Positions 1 through 10,784 are shown, counted from the stretch's first letter. The stretch: 64,000 bases of DNA from a virus (IMGVR_UViG_3300026311_000012:1-64000), one strand, 5' to 3'. Made by a program: numbers and translations. The notes: generated by a model from the sequence alone, not told the origin.

Positions 1-290
1 AGTTGAATATCCGCAGAATAATTGGTAATGCTGTCACCATACTCCGAAAGCGTGACCTCAATAGAATCTAAACTCCCATTTACATTATCAAAATTAGCAT
101 CTATGACAGCTCTAACTGAAGCCCAGGTTCCGCCGGCTGGTATATTTGTTGGATCAATTGCTCCAAACATGATGCCGCTATCTTCCTCTTCTAAATATGG
201 GGTAGGATGTATATTTGTAACAATACACCCAGTTACTCCAAATATAATTAGAAGCGTAAATATTATTTTTATTAATTTAATTTTTTTCAT
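1..290 (-). CDS. Partial ORF (runs off window start), lipoprotein-like signal then possible fibre-type N-terminal motif
   Basis: Not on the ORF track. ATG at 290, open to base 1: MKKIKLIKIIFTLLIIFGVTGC...GGTWASVRAVIDANF. Same strand as the structural operon. Confidence 0.7.
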   Translation of the reverse strand, partial: MKKIKLIKIIFTLLIIFGVTGCIVTNIHPTPYLEEEDSGIMFGAIDPTNIPAGGTWASVRAVIDANFDNVNGSLDSIEVTLSEYGDSITNYSADIQ

Positions 291-292
291 TA

Positions 293-817
293 TTATACGA
301 GTATTCTGTTATCTTTCATATATCCTGTATCCATCATTGTTGTACCCCAGTATTGCACCCACAGTTTGAAATATATATTTAATTCTATTTTATCGTCATC
401 TGTTAAAGTCTCTCCATCTTTTAATATACCTATAGCAGATACATTAAATGGGTCAAAATCATTATATTTTACAAATGTTTGCATTGTTTCACTTGCTATT
501 AAATCAGCATGTGTTATAGATTGCAAAACATCCGTTGCATCAAACCAAAAATCATCTGTACCATCAGCTGCAAGATATGTAGCATTATCAGGAACAGAAA
601 AAGTGGCAGAAGTAGTAGAAGGTATAATTAAACCTACCCAATCCTTTCCAGTAACAGTAATCACATCAGAACTTATATCTGACAATAAATTATCTCCATC
701 ATACCTGCCAGTCCACAAATATAGAAACTTAGCTAGCAATAATGGAGATAACTTACTTTTAGGTTTTTTAGCACCTACCCTTAAACCAATAACTTTACCT
801 ATCCCAGCCATTGTCAA
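293..817 (-). CDS. Hypothetical virion-module protein
   Basis: 174 aa, overlaps upstream ORF by 4 nt in the structural operon. Confidence 0.65.
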   Translation of the reverse strand: MTMAGIGKVIGLRVGAKKPKSKLSPLLLAKFLYLWTGRYDGDNLLSDISSDVITVTGKDWVGLIIPSTTSATFSVPDNATYLAADGTDDFWFDATDVLQSITHADLIASETMQTFVKYNDFDPFNVSAIGILKDGETLTDDDKIELNIYFKLWVQYWGTTMMDTGYMKDNRILV

Positions 818-1119
818 GCCTTATAGCAAATCAATGTACCGGCGGATATAGTTATACTTTTATATTTTATGAAATATGTTTGTCCTGCGACAAAAGAAAA
901 AGCTGTTAATGTTCCTGTGTAAAGAGGAGCATATACTCCATAATCTATATCGGTAATAGTTACGCCAGTTTCTCCAACCTCAAATGCGTAGTAGTCACCA
1001 TCTGGGCAAGCCGCAGCGGTGGTAAGAAAATGCACACCTTGTTCAGCGTGTGATTTATAGTTCATGGTGTTTACAACACCTTTCTTAATTCCCTTAAGAA
1101 TTACGTCTTCGTTCTTCAT
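814..1119 (-). CDS. Hypothetical small structural protein
   Basis: 101 aa, operon context. Confidence 0.65.
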   Translation of the reverse strand: MKNEDVILKGIKKGVVNTMNYKSHAEQGVHFLTTAAACPDGDYYAFEVGETGVTITDIDYGVYAPLYTGTLTAFSFVAGQTYFIKYKSITISAGTLICYKA

Positions 1120-1131
1120 GTTAAATTTAAT

Positions 1132-1154
1132 AAAAGGGGGAGTTACCCCCCTAT
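1132..1154 (-). terminator. Intrinsic terminator
   Basis: AGGGGG-AGTTA-CCCCC hairpin with T-tract on the minus strand after the 1158..1802 stop. Confidence 0.6.
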
Positions 1155-1157
1155 TGT

Positions 1158-1802
1158 CTAAAGTCCAGTCTCGTGGACAGTGTAAGTAATTTGAAGTCTA
1201 CATACTCCAGTACCAGTGGCAAACGGTGCACCAGCATTAGTAATCACCAATGGTGTATTCACAGGCATTGTAAGACCTCCTGCAGCATTTAACCTTTCAA
1301 AGTTATATATTTTATCTCCAGGCTCTGTTAAAAATGTAGCAGCCAAGTTAGAGGATTGAGCAGCACCACCTGACCCATAATTTATAGTAATTACTCCGCC
1401 ATTAGTAAAAGCTGTTGAAGTAGAATCATAGATAAGTACAGCGTTTCTAAAATTCAAAGCATATCCTGCTCCAGGTGCTGCAACAACTGTTACAGGAGTA
1501 GTATTCATTGCTATAAGATTAGCTGCAGTAAGAGCAACTTCGACTGTTTTTTCAACAACCTTACTAGTTCCTGTTGAAATACCTTCTGAAATAGCTCCAT
1601 CTTTTATTAAAAGACCATCTATAGTAACCCCAGATCCTGATGTTTGTTCAGCAATAGTATCTAAATTAGCCGTGCCATCAGAAGGAAGTGACTCATCCAA
1701 ATCATCCATTAAATCATTCCAATATCTAACTTTTACTGTTTTATTATCACCAGCCTTTGGATATGTATCGTGAAGAAGTGTAGTTATTTTAGTTCGCTTC
1801 AT
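1158..1802 (-). CDS. Putative head decoration/fibre structural protein
   Basis: 214 aa, Thr/Gly/Ala-rich, likely beta-rich; downstream of capsid genes. Confidence 0.55.
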   Translation of the reverse strand: MKRTKITTLLHDTYPKAGDNKTVKVRYWNDLMDDLDESLPSDGTANLDTIAEQTSGSGVTIDGLLIKDGAISEGISTGTSKVVEKTVEVALTAANLIAMNTTPVTVVAAPGAGYALNFRNAVLIYDSTSTAFTNGGVITINYGSGGAAQSSNLAATFLTEPGDKIYNFERLNAAGGLTMPVNTPLVITNAGAPFATGTGVCRLQITYTVHETGL

Positions 1803-1834
1803 TTTTTAAGTTTTAAAAGGGGGAGATTAATCCC

Positions 1835-3016
1835 CTACCCTACATTAAAGAATATTTTATCAAGGTTTGCAGTAAGGTTAGCCCCAGCTGCACAAATCAT
1901 GAGAGTAATAAATGAATCGGCTGTTCCACCAATCGTCTTAGTACTTTCTTCTTTAAACTCAGCTACATATGTAGTATAAGTTTCTCCAGAAGTTGCACCA
2001 AGTGCTGAATTTATATCAATCGGATATTCTGCAATCCTAAAGGCTTCTCTACGGTTACCAAGTAAGAACCATTCTTTTTCAGCAATATCCTTATATGTAC
2101 CAATACCTCTTGCAGCAACAGTATTTACTGTGACAGGGGTTGAACCAAAATCTACAGATAAACCAACATCAAAAAGTGTAGGATTGAATGCCCATTTACC
2201 AACTTCAAATGGTTTGTTGCTATCCATTGCAGTTATTAACAGCCCCCAGTTACCTTCAGTTAGAGTTTCAACATCTGTATGAGCAATAGTTGCTGAAGTA
2301 CCCTGATAAGGTTGATCAAGAACTATAGTAAGCCCATCTGAACTAATAGATTCAACTTTATACACAGGAGCTGCACCAGCACCAGTTGTACCAAGTCTTA
2401 AGAAACTACCAGCAGGGCAGGTACTACTTTCATCTTCACTTAATGTTACAACTTTAGATCCATTAACAACAGTAGCAGTAGCAGATGCCATAGCATTAAG
2501 CTGTGCACCAGAATTTATTTTTTCTACCTTAAACATTACATACGGATCTTTAGCAATCGAAGCTAACAGAGTAGTCTGAATACCATCTGCTATTTCATAC
2601 TGAGTTGCAGTAGCATCAGCAGTATACTGGCCATATTTATAAAGCCTTTTATTAAACTGCTTCATCCCTTCTCTATACCCAATAGTAAGCAAATATTCAC
2701 CGCCATTGTTAACCTCAATCGAACCAGTTGTGCCATTATAACCAACTGCTACAACTTGAGCGGCATCAGCACTAGCTGCTAATTTACTAACTTTAACCAG
2801 ATTATCCCAAAAAAGAACAGGGGACACCTGAAGTTTACTATTAGCATCAAGATAAAGAATCTGAAAACCATCTCCAGCAGTAATTGCTTCTACTGAACAA
2901 AGTTGTTCACCTATTTTTTTCATACCCATTGTTCTTGCAACAGTCGGAGCAGCAGTCGTTACAGCTGCAGTGTTACTACAAACATACATGTGGGTCACAT
3001 TGTTTTGTGCAATCAT
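1835..3016 (-). CDS. Conserved crAss-type structural protein downstream of MCP (auxiliary capsid-like)
   Basis: 393 aa Ala/Thr-rich; position in the MCP gene block. Confidence 0.55.
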   Translation of the reverse strand: MIAQNNVTHMYVCSNTAAVTTAAPTVARTMGMKKIGEQLCSVEAITAGDGFQILYLDANSKLQVSPVLFWDNLVKVSKLAASADAAQVVAVGYNGTTGSIEVNNGGEYLLTIGYREGMKQFNKRLYKYGQYTADATATQYEIADGIQTTLLASIAKDPYVMFKVEKINSGAQLNAMASATATVVNGSKVVTLSEDESSTCPAGSFLRLGTTGAGAAPVYKVESISSDGLTIVLDQPYQGTSATIAHTDVETLTEGNWGLLITAMDSNKPFEVGKWAFNPTLFDVGLSVDFGSTPVTVNTVAARGIGTYKDIAEKEWFLLGNRREAFRIAEYPIDINSALGATSGETYTTYVAEFKEESTKTIGGTADSFITLMICAAGANLTANLDKIFFNVG

Positions 3017-3047
3017 TTTTTGCGTGTTTTAAAATTAATAATTGTGT

Positions 3048-3740
3048 TTATAAATCAGAAGTTTTTTCATTCATAGCTACCTGGTAACCTTCGTCATTTA
3101 AAGCAGCTACTATCATTTTAATAGTTTCGGACACAATTTCATCTTGAAAATTATCATCTAATATTTCACAATCTACTGATCCAATAACCATATCAACTGG
3201 AAACCTTAAATAAGAAATAATATAATCTCCTATAGTATCTGTTCCATCAGTAATAAGTTCAACAACATAATGATCATCGTCTTCAACAGAATAATCCATT
3301 CTCCAAATAAGTCCTTCATAAGGCTTTTTATATCTGCTGTTATAGTTCTTACTATAATAATCATAAGTTATAGGAAAAACTAATACTGGATCACTATACA
3401 CTGCTGGTGCAGTTAATAATTTTACATACTCTTCTGTTAAAAATCCTACATCGTCTGGAAGACTATACAGTGTTCCATTTGGATGAACGTAGGGAATTAA
3501 CGTCACATCTGTTGTTAATGTTATATCTCCTTCTAACAATGATCCTCGTTTATTCAAAGGAGCTAGCATCCGTTTTACAGTTTCATCACGATCATATACC
3601 TTCTTTTTTTCTTTAAACACACGTCTTTGTGCTTTATTTAGAAACGTCTGAATCTGAAGGTTGTTATAACCAGGCGCTGTATTTTCAAATATACTGTCTA
3701 TTCCTAATAGAACAGCAAATTTCATTTCGGCTGCTGTCAT
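3048..3740 (-). CDS. Putative head-tail ring/adaptor protein
   Basis: 230 aa with FLNKAQ and YLRFP..M..CEI motifs typical of crAss-like ring proteins; synteny. Confidence 0.55.
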   Translation of the reverse strand: MTAAEMKFAVLLGIDSIFENTAPGYNNLQIQTFLNKAQRRVFKEKKKVYDRDETVKRMLAPLNKRGSLLEGDITLTTDVTLIPYVHPNGTLYSLPDDVGFLTEEYVKLLTAPAVYSDPVLVFPITYDYYSKNYNSRYKKPYEGLIWRMDYSVEDDDHYVVELITDGTDTIGDYIISYLRFPVDMVIGSVDCEILDDNFQDEIVSETIKMIVAALNDEGYQVAMNEKTSDL

Positions 3741-4585
3741 TATTTATTATTCTTAATCCTTTCCTCTATAAGAAGTTTGGTTTGCTGGTTTTTAGGGTTA
3801 TTTAAGAACGATATCGCTTGATCATGATCATATCCTATAACATCTCCAGCCCTTAATTTATACGTAGTTCCTTCTATAAATATTTCACCTATTTCTATAG
3901 CGTCAAGTAAAAATATTTTTATATCAAAATTGGGATCATTCGCAACTCTAATAAAATCAGTAGTCCCAGGAACCCCATGTATCTGCTCTTTCTGTTCAAT
4001 TACTTTTACAAGTTCTGCTTTTAACCATTTAGTATTTGCATCTGAAGGAATGTTTCCTTTTCCAAGTAAACGAAGAACACTTTTCATTTTTTTATCAGAC
4101 TTAGATATCTTAGAAAACAATAATGAAGCTTCTTCATATTTTTCTGCTAACCTACTATCTACTTCTTGTTCTTCTTCTTCAGTCACCATGTAAAAGTCAT
4201 GAATCATTGGATTAATTTCACTTTTAGAATTAGCAATTGTATTACTTGCTAAAAGAACCTTCCAAGATAAAAAATCTTCAGGATCTGATAAATCCAATAT
4301 CTTTCCTTTTTTGTCAAGAATTACTTTAAATTCTCTCCAAAAATTATTTTTTCTAGCACTAGCCGCTAAAGAACCAGTCTCTAATCCCATTTCTTTCTCA
4401 AACCAAGCTTGTTCATCTTTATTCAACAATTGAATAATTCTATCAAATTGATTTGTTGGTGCCTGATAAGTTCTTCTACAACCTGTCCATATTGTGTTAC
4501 CATCTGAGTTTTTAAGGAAACCCGACCTTTGTTTTTCAACTATCTTTACAGATACTTTCTTGTTTTGTAAATAATTTGTCTCCAT
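3740..4585 (-). CDS. Conserved crAss-like protein immediately downstream of MCP
   Basis: 281 aa, NNFW..F.V.L and LDLSDPED motifs; synteny. Confidence 0.6.
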   Translation of the reverse strand: METNYLQNKKVSVKIVEKQRSGFLKNSDGNTIWTGCRRTYQAPTNQFDRIIQLLNKDEQAWFEKEMGLETGSLAASARKNNFWREFKVILDKKGKILDLSDPEDFLSWKVLLASNTIANSKSEINPMIHDFYMVTEEEEQEVDSRLAEKYEEASLLFSKISKSDKKMKSVLRLLGKGNIPSDANTKWLKAELVKVIEQKEQIHGVPGTTDFIRVANDPNFDIKIFLLDAIEIGEIFIEGTTYKLRAGDVIGYDHDQAISFLNNPKNQQTKLLIEERIKNNK

Positions 4586-4596
4586 TTTCCGTATTT

Positions 4597-4635
4597 TAAA
4601 AATAAGGGAGGAGGGATTATAATCTCCTCCCTATT
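4597..4635 (-). terminator. Intrinsic terminator after MCP
   Basis: AGGGAGGAGGGATT/AATCTCCTCCCT hairpin plus T-tract on the minus strand. Confidence 0.7.
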
Positions 4636-4651
4636 AAATTTCATAACTATC

Positions 4652-6145
4652 TTATGCTAAGGCAGTTGGGACCCACTCACCTAAGCGCATGGGGTTTCTT
4701 ATCATAATTCCAAGCCAATCAGCCTTGTGTATTTCATAGCCATCAACAGGAGTAACCATTACCTTCGGCTTACCCTTACCGCCAGTTGAGAAAGGATCAC
4801 GAAGCCCAGGTATATAACCATGTTCTTCAGCCTGGCCTTTAATACGAACTAACTGAATGTTAGGTGCATTTCCTGCAGTACCAAAGTCCATAATAGTTAA
4901 CCTACGTGATTCCCAAACACCACCTTCAGGATGAGGAAGCTTATTTCTTACCTCATTATCGTAATCAGGAATATGAATAAATTCAAACTGAATACCATTT
5001 ATATCAGCTACGCTAATATACTGAGGTTTGTTATAAGAAGCCTTAGATCCACTAGTAAGAGCATTTACCCTGTTATATGTGATAGCAGCTGCACCAGCAT
5101 ATGCTTCAATAGCAGCAGATACCATAGCCAATCCATATTCACCAGTACCAATTACAAAACGCCTACGGTCTTCAGGAAGTTTACCAACTGACAAACCAAG
5201 AGCGTATTTAACAAGACTTTCTATGTTAAAAGTATTGTAATAAAACAGGTTAGAAGGAGCAATTTGTTCCCTGAGACCAAGACCTGCCTTGATTTCATAA
5301 CCTGAAGTACCAAACTGAGCATAAGTTCCGTCTTCTCTCCTATTCGATGTTCCATAGAATAAAAGCCTAGCTTTTTCCCTACGGAAAGCTTTCATAAATT
5401 CCCAATCCAGTTTATTGATCCAGCTAGTGTGTTTCACACCATCTTGATCCATAAATGTAAATGCAAGCGGATTGTTGACGCCCTTCATAATCATATTACC
5501 GGGGACAACATGCTTTTTACGAATCATAGAAAGCCTGTTACTCATTTTAAACGGAGAGGTAAAGCTAATATCAGAAGCATCCTTCGAAAGAGTCTGCTCA
5601 CTAATTGAGTATTCAACACTCCACAGAGTACCAGCAGCTAATTCATCATAAGGAATAAATGCATTCGGGTTTCCAGTAAAGAGTTCGCATTCATACAACC
5701 AACCTGTCCCATACTGTTCTCCTTCTTTCCTAATCCTGATTTTATACAGGTCAGGCTTCATACCAACTATGATATGAGTTACAAAGAACATCTTTTCAGG
5801 AAACAGCATGTAAAACAGTTCACCATTCTTACCAATCTGTGGTGTAGCAGCAGTCACAGCGGTAAGAGCAGCAGATGCATTCTTCACATAAGCTGAAATA
5901 AGAGGAATATTTTTTTCATCAGATCCTTGCAGCATCCATTCATACTCTCTATCATCTTCTATTTCATGTGTAGGATATTTATTGAGCAACGTCAACATAT
6001 CGTCCGGAAGGTTAACTTCATATAACCTTTCGATATACTGAGATATCTGAATGGGCTTCTCCTGAAAGAGAGCACCTAGGTTATTTTCAGTAACCAAGCC
6101 AGAGAAATCCTTAGGTTCATAAACTTGATTTGGAAAAACTTTCAT
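4652..6145 (-). CDS. Major capsid protein (crAss-like)
   Basis: 497 aa; size, order portal-scaffold-MCP, motifs such as GYIPGLRDPF. Confidence 0.85.
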   Translation of the reverse strand: MKVFPNQVYEPKDFSGLVTENNLGALFQEKPIQISQYIERLYEVNLPDDMLTLLNKYPTHEIEDDREYEWMLQGSDEKNIPLISAYVKNASAALTAVTAATPQIGKNGELFYMLFPEKMFFVTHIIVGMKPDLYKIRIRKEGEQYGTGWLYECELFTGNPNAFIPYDELAAGTLWSVEYSISEQTLSKDASDISFTSPFKMSNRLSMIRKKHVVPGNMIMKGVNNPLAFTFMDQDGVKHTSWINKLDWEFMKAFRREKARLLFYGTSNRREDGTYAQFGTSGYEIKAGLGLREQIAPSNLFYYNTFNIESLVKYALGLSVGKLPEDRRRFVIGTGEYGLAMVSAAIEAYAGAAAITYNRVNALTSGSKASYNKPQYISVADINGIQFEFIHIPDYDNEVRNKLPHPEGGVWESRRLTIMDFGTAGNAPNIQLVRIKGQAEEHGYIPGLRDPFSTGGKGKPKVMVTPVDGYEIHKADWLGIMIRNPMRLGEWVPTALA

Positions 6146-6167
6146 TGTTATATATATTTAAAAATGT

Positions 6168-7325
6168 TTATTTAATGTTAAATGTCTTTGTTATACTATT
6201 GATAAATTTATCTGTACGCCTTTTATCTGGCTTATCCTGCACTGTTCCATCAACTGACCTATCTAATCTAGTTGCTGCATCTTCAAACTCTCTAATCGAA
6301 TCTTTTTTACCCTTTTCTACCAGTTTGCTAAAATCTTTAAACCCCTTAGTGATCTCAAATAAATAATGTAATTTAATTTCAAAATCAATAGGATTCTCCA
6401 TTCTAGCTGCAACTATTCTGTTAACAGGATTGCCATTCATATCTTTTCCAACAGGTGTCGTTAGCGACTTAACTAAATCAGATTTTACTTTACTATTAAC
6501 TTTCATTCCAGGAATTATTTCATCCATGTCCTGTATTTTTTTGTTAAGTTCTGCTAACTCTTTTTGAGCCTGTTGTTGCGCTCTTTGCTGCGCCGCCTTA
6601 GCTTCTTCGATTGATTCTTCTTTCTCTTTAGTAATCAGATCTTTTAATTCACTTGTTGCAGAAAGGGCCTCACTTTCTAATTCTCCACTATCCTCATAGT
6701 ATTGAATCATATTTTTAATCTTTTTCTCTGAAAACTTACTTGTCTTTTTTAAATAAGTTTCCACCATTTTCTTTTGAAGATCTACATCCTCTTTTATAGT
6801 ATCTTCTGAAATTTTTTCAACTTCTACTTCTATTCTATCTATTTCAAGAAGCTTATCCAAAGGTACACCTTCTTCATAGTTGTTAATGAGATTTTTAACT
6901 CTATCTGGTAAACTATCTTTATAATATTCAACAGCCCCAATAATCTCTTCAACCATAGCCTGCTTTAAACCATCTGCAGTACCATCAAAACTCTCAAGAT
7001 CCATATTAGGAAGGATGCCCTCCTCTTTTAAAAGCTTTGCATACGGAGTTAATGGAGAAGAACTTTGCTTTTCTTTAGAATCAGAGGAGGGCTTTTCTTC
7101 CTTATCTTCTTCTGTTTCTTCTTCTTCCGTATCTTCCTGTTCAGAATCTTCTTCTAGATCTATCAGATCTTTATCATCTTCGAGCTCTTTATCGGGCTCT
7201 TCTTTTTCAGTTCTTTGTTCAAACGCTCCTGGGATCAAACTAGCCCCATCGTCTACTCCGTCTACCTCAATAGGACTATCTCCAATAAGAGATCCTAAAT
7301 CAGTTGTAAATATATTCTTCTCCAT
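6168..7325 (-). CDS. Putative capsid scaffolding protein
   Basis: 385 aa, very acidic N-terminus and coiled-coil, directly upstream of MCP. Confidence 0.7.
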   Translation of the reverse strand: MEKNIFTTDLGSLIGDSPIEVDGVDDGASLIPGAFEQRTEKEEPDKELEDDKDLIDLEEDSEQEDTEEEETEEDKEEKPSSDSKEKQSSSPLTPYAKLLKEEGILPNMDLESFDGTADGLKQAMVEEIIGAVEYYKDSLPDRVKNLINNYEEGVPLDKLLEIDRIEVEVEKISEDTIKEDVDLQKKMVETYLKKTSKFSEKKIKNMIQYYEDSGELESEALSATSELKDLITKEKEESIEEAKAAQQRAQQQAQKELAELNKKIQDMDEIIPGMKVNSKVKSDLVKSLTTPVGKDMNGNPVNRIVAARMENPIDFEIKLHYLFEITKGFKDFSKLVEKGKKDSIREFEDAATRLDRSVDGTVQDKPDKRRTDKFINSITKTFNIK

Positions 7326-7341
7326 AACTTAAATTATTATA

Positions 7342-7409
7342 CAAAATTACAAAATTCTATTATTACATCCAAATTTTCAGCCATTTGACTGACCAATATA
7401 TAAACTTTA
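7342..7409 (-). promoter_or_regulatory. Bacteroidota sigma70-type promoter plus upstream 15-bp box
   Basis: Minus strand TTTG-N20-TAATTTTG (7373..7342); AATATATAAACTTTA at 7395..7409. Confidence 0.7.
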
Positions 7410-7439
7410 GTTATACATTTTCTAAGATTTAATCTTAGA

Positions 7440-8366
7440 TTAACGTGGTACAGGTGATGTTAAATTAGCTCTTTTTTCTTTTGGATAAATATTTTTTCTA
7501 TCTCTAGTATAAGAACTTCCACAATTATTACAACGATATGCTCTATATTTCCCAGAATTAGTTGTATAATAACCATCAGGAACTAAATCATCACTACCAC
7601 ATACTGTACAAACTTTATCATCTGATTCCATATATACTCCAACATTAGGGTGACCTTTTATCCAAGGTCTCATTTTCAAATACACTTTTTCCAATAATTC
7701 CACATCTCCACGATTATATTCTTCCATTTTTCTGAGAGCCTCATCGTCACCATTTTTACATCGTCTCCACAGATCAAACCCAGTTTCCATTTTTTCACCA
7801 AGCCCAAATACTCTTCCAAGAGCATTTAAACTATTATGGCTAAACCCAAATTGTCTTTGTGCTACTTTTAATGTATCAATTGTTCTATAAGGTCTGGTAG
7901 GTGATAACCCATTGACTAAAAACCTAGTATTTAAATTCGGAATATCAAACATATCTCCATTATGGGCTATTACAATATCAGCTTCATCTAATAAACCCCA
8001 TATTCCTGCTACAATCCTACTATCATCTTCTCTAATGGCTTCATCCCCTGTTAATCTCATAGATATTAATTTACTGTCCCCAAGCCATTTCCCAGACCAC
8101 GACAACATATACCACCTAGATATTACATTATCGTCACTAACTCTAGCTTTCCATACTTGTGTTTGCCAAACATATGCTTCTAAAGGAGTTGTTTCAATAT
8201 CAAATACTAATACTTTAACCTTTCTTTTAATAGTTTCTCTAGCTATATCTTTAGCTGTATATATAGTTTCTCTTGTTGTTTTAAACCTTTTTGAAAGTTT
8301 GCCTGCCCCCATTTCTAGTATATAAGGACGGGACTTCATTAAGTCAACTATAGCCTCTAATGTCAT
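7440..8366 (-). CDS. DEDD/RNase H-like 3'-5' exonuclease with C-terminal Zn ribbon
   Basis: FDIET, AHNGDMFD and YNRGDV motifs; CTVC...CNNC. Confidence 0.8.
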   Translation of the reverse strand: MTLEAIVDLMKSRPYILEMGAGKLSKRFKTTRETIYTAKDIARETIKRKVKVLVFDIETTPLEAYVWQTQVWKARVSDDNVISRWYMLSWSGKWLGDSKLISMRLTGDEAIREDDSRIVAGIWGLLDEADIVIAHNGDMFDIPNLNTRFLVNGLSPTRPYRTIDTLKVAQRQFGFSHNSLNALGRVFGLGEKMETGFDLWRRCKNGDDEALRKMEEYNRGDVELLEKVYLKMRPWIKGHPNVGVYMESDDKVCTVCGSDDLVPDGYYTTNSGKYRAYRCNNCGSSYTRDRKNIYPKEKRANLTSPVPR

Positions 8367-10699
8367 TTGCTTACAGTATTTTGTTTTCTAACTTTTTCTT
8401 TATTATTTCTTTCAGTTTCTTGTTCACTAGCTTTATTGTGACGCTTAGTTTCTTCTAATTGTTTTTCTTGAAGAGCCACTTTAGCTTCATGCTCTTTCAT
8501 TTTTAAAGCAAGATCATTTTGCCCATTTGAATTTTCAAGTTTTAATAACTCTATTTGATAATCCATATCTATCTCATATTTTTTAAGTTGTCTATCTTTT
8601 TCTTTATCTTCAAGCTGCATTTGTATCATTCTTTCTTGATTTTCCATTTTAGCTTGTTCTAATTGTTCTGCTTGTTGAGCACGAAGTTCTTCGTCTTCTT
8701 CTAATAAATGAGACATTTCTGCAATACTTTCTGATTTCATAACATTAAGAAGAACTGATGCAGAAGATCCATTTTGAACAAATGATTGAGCAAGAGATTC
8801 AAAGGTTTGACGAATACGAGCATCTTCAGATGAAGTATTTACAAATACATCTAAATCAGCATTTGCTATATCATCTCCATTTATATCAAGCAACATTCTT
8901 GAAGTGTCATCTAATATAAAGTCAGCTTTAAGATTTTTACCTCTATACACTTGTTTGGCTACATCTATACAAGCCTGTAACACTCTACGCTTAGTATCTT
9001 CATGAAATACAAACCATTTTTCTGTAGTATGCGAAGACTGAGTAATAGCTCTTTCTACACCACCTACTGTTTCACGATTGTCAATTTGACCTTCTCTTTG
9101 TTTAGTTATCCCAGCTATAGTACCAAGTTGCTGCTCAATATAATTAAGCATTGCTATATTCTGTTGAATAAACTGTCCTATTTCCGGAGATATAGCTTTA
9201 TTTGTTGTATTAAAGTTACCTGCTAATTTTCCTTGAGCTTGCCCCTTCTTACCTTCATTAAATGGATCTACAATCATGTATCCAAGAATATGCAGGTAAT
9301 ACATCCATTTATCAAGATCCCAATCATCAGGAATCTTAGACATATCTAATTCTATAATGGGACCACCAAACCTGGCAACTAATAATTCCAGTCTTCTCAT
9401 ATAAACATTATATGCAAACTGAAATGGTGCCATTCTAGTCATCATAGAAACTCCACAGTCAGTACCTATGTACCCAAGATCACATTTAGATTTATTATTT
9501 ATACCACGTATTTGGAAAGGACGAGCTTGCATTTTAACATGAATATGACCACCGAGCTTAGTTCCTTCATAAGCCTCGTTTATCCACATCCATTTAACAG
9601 TTTCACCTAACTCTTTATTTGGCTTATAGTGCTCAGAAACCCATCTTTCAGCTTGATCTCCATAATCATCAAAATAAGAAAGTTTACCTATTTTTCTACG
9701 ACCACGCCAACGAGTTCTAACAACTCTAACATTTCCCTTAGAATCAAAAGGTCCTACAAATCCATAATTTGTAAAACCATTATCTACTTCAATTAACCTG
9801 GGATCTTGTTCTGAAAGTGTAAGAGGATAATACATCCTGGGATTGACATATGCATAATTCAAAACAGAATTCCCCTGTTTATCAGAAATACCACCTTCAA
9901 GATATGCTATATCTGATTCTTTTAAATACTCATAAAATTCATCAATAACTTTTCCAATAGGAAGATATTGAACTTGTATAATTATATCAGAATCTTCTAT
10001 TTTAAAGTCTTTAGTTAGCCCCATTGCATATACTGTTCTAGGATCTACTTTCTCTACAACAATATCTCCAGCAACACTATCTATTCTGTATATCTCTCTG
10101 GAAGATACAAGAAGGTCTAACATACCTTCATTAAACTTCTTTTTAAGATTCTGTTCCTTATACACATAATGCATAAGCCTTGACGCAGCTAATTCTGCAC
10201 TATCCTTCCAACTATATTTTAAATATTTACCAAGCTTTTGTATTTTTGCAGAAGCTTCTTCCTCAGAAAAAGACTGATTTTTAAGCTCTTCTTGCACAAG
10301 CTCCATAAGCATTTGCTGCTGCATATCTTGTTTAGAAGAAACAGCAGATTCATTTACACTTCTTATTACCCAGTTATCCTTTCTTAAATATTCTTCTCCA
10401 ACAATAAGATCTATTTTAGGAGCGCATACTGGATAATTTTTAGCCTCTGAAGGAAATGTAACCCCCTCTATATCCATAGGATTGAACATTTTTTCCATAT
10501 CTTCTGGAATAGCCAATCCATTATAAATATTGTAATTTCTTTCTATTTCCTCCATCTTATCTCTGTTCATACCATTACGATAATACAACATAGATTCAGC
10601 AGCGTCTACACATCTCTTATACCAATCTTCAGTTTTGGTTTTTGTAGAAACTTTTTGAGCGGGGAAATATATTTGATTATGTGAACCTAATATATCCAT
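8363..10699 (-). CDS. Portal protein
   Basis: 778 aa, FPAQK N-terminus, GITKQREG..RETVGGVERA motif, follows TerL. Confidence 0.85.
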   Translation of the reverse strand: MDILGSHNQIYFPAQKVSTKTKTEDWYKRCVDAAESMLYYRNGMNRDKMEEIERNYNIYNGLAIPEDMEKMFNPMDIEGVTFPSEAKNYPVCAPKIDLIVGEEYLRKDNWVIRSVNESAVSSKQDMQQQMLMELVQEELKNQSFSEEEASAKIQKLGKYLKYSWKDSAELAASRLMHYVYKEQNLKKKFNEGMLDLLVSSREIYRIDSVAGDIVVEKVDPRTVYAMGLTKDFKIEDSDIIIQVQYLPIGKVIDEFYEYLKESDIAYLEGGISDKQGNSVLNYAYVNPRMYYPLTLSEQDPRLIEVDNGFTNYGFVGPFDSKGNVRVVRTRWRGRRKIGKLSYFDDYGDQAERWVSEHYKPNKELGETVKWMWINEAYEGTKLGGHIHVKMQARPFQIRGINNKSKCDLGYIGTDCGVSMMTRMAPFQFAYNVYMRRLELLVARFGGPIIELDMSKIPDDWDLDKWMYYLHILGYMIVDPFNEGKKGQAQGKLAGNFNTTNKAISPEIGQFIQQNIAMLNYIEQQLGTIAGITKQREGQIDNRETVGGVERAITQSSHTTEKWFVFHEDTKRRVLQACIDVAKQVYRGKNLKADFILDDTSRMLLDINGDDIANADLDVFVNTSSEDARIRQTFESLAQSFVQNGSSASVLLNVMKSESIAEMSHLLEEDEELRAQQAEQLEQAKMENQERMIQMQLEDKEKDRQLKKYEIDMDYQIELLKLENSNGQNDLALKMKEHEAKVALQEKQLEETKRHNKASEQETERNNKEKVRKQNTVSK

Positions 10700-10716
10700 T
10701 TTAATAAAATTTGTTG

Positions 10717-10784
10717 CAAAGTTAATATTTTTAAATAAATCAACCTAATTTTTAGTGATATTTTTGACTAATGTATAAACTTTA
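10717..10784 (-). promoter_or_regulatory. Bacteroidota-type promoter plus upstream 15-bp box
   Basis: TAACTTTG (10724..10717) on the minus strand; AATGTATAAACTTTA at 10770..10784. Confidence 0.65.

Noticed and set aside
22-8325. Plus-strand ORFs 22..369, 366..851, 1770..1979, 2884..3087, 3407..3616, 3930..4193, 4931..5191, 6130..6366, 7015..7332, 7912..8325
   Set aside because: Antisense shadows of well-supported minus-strand genes.
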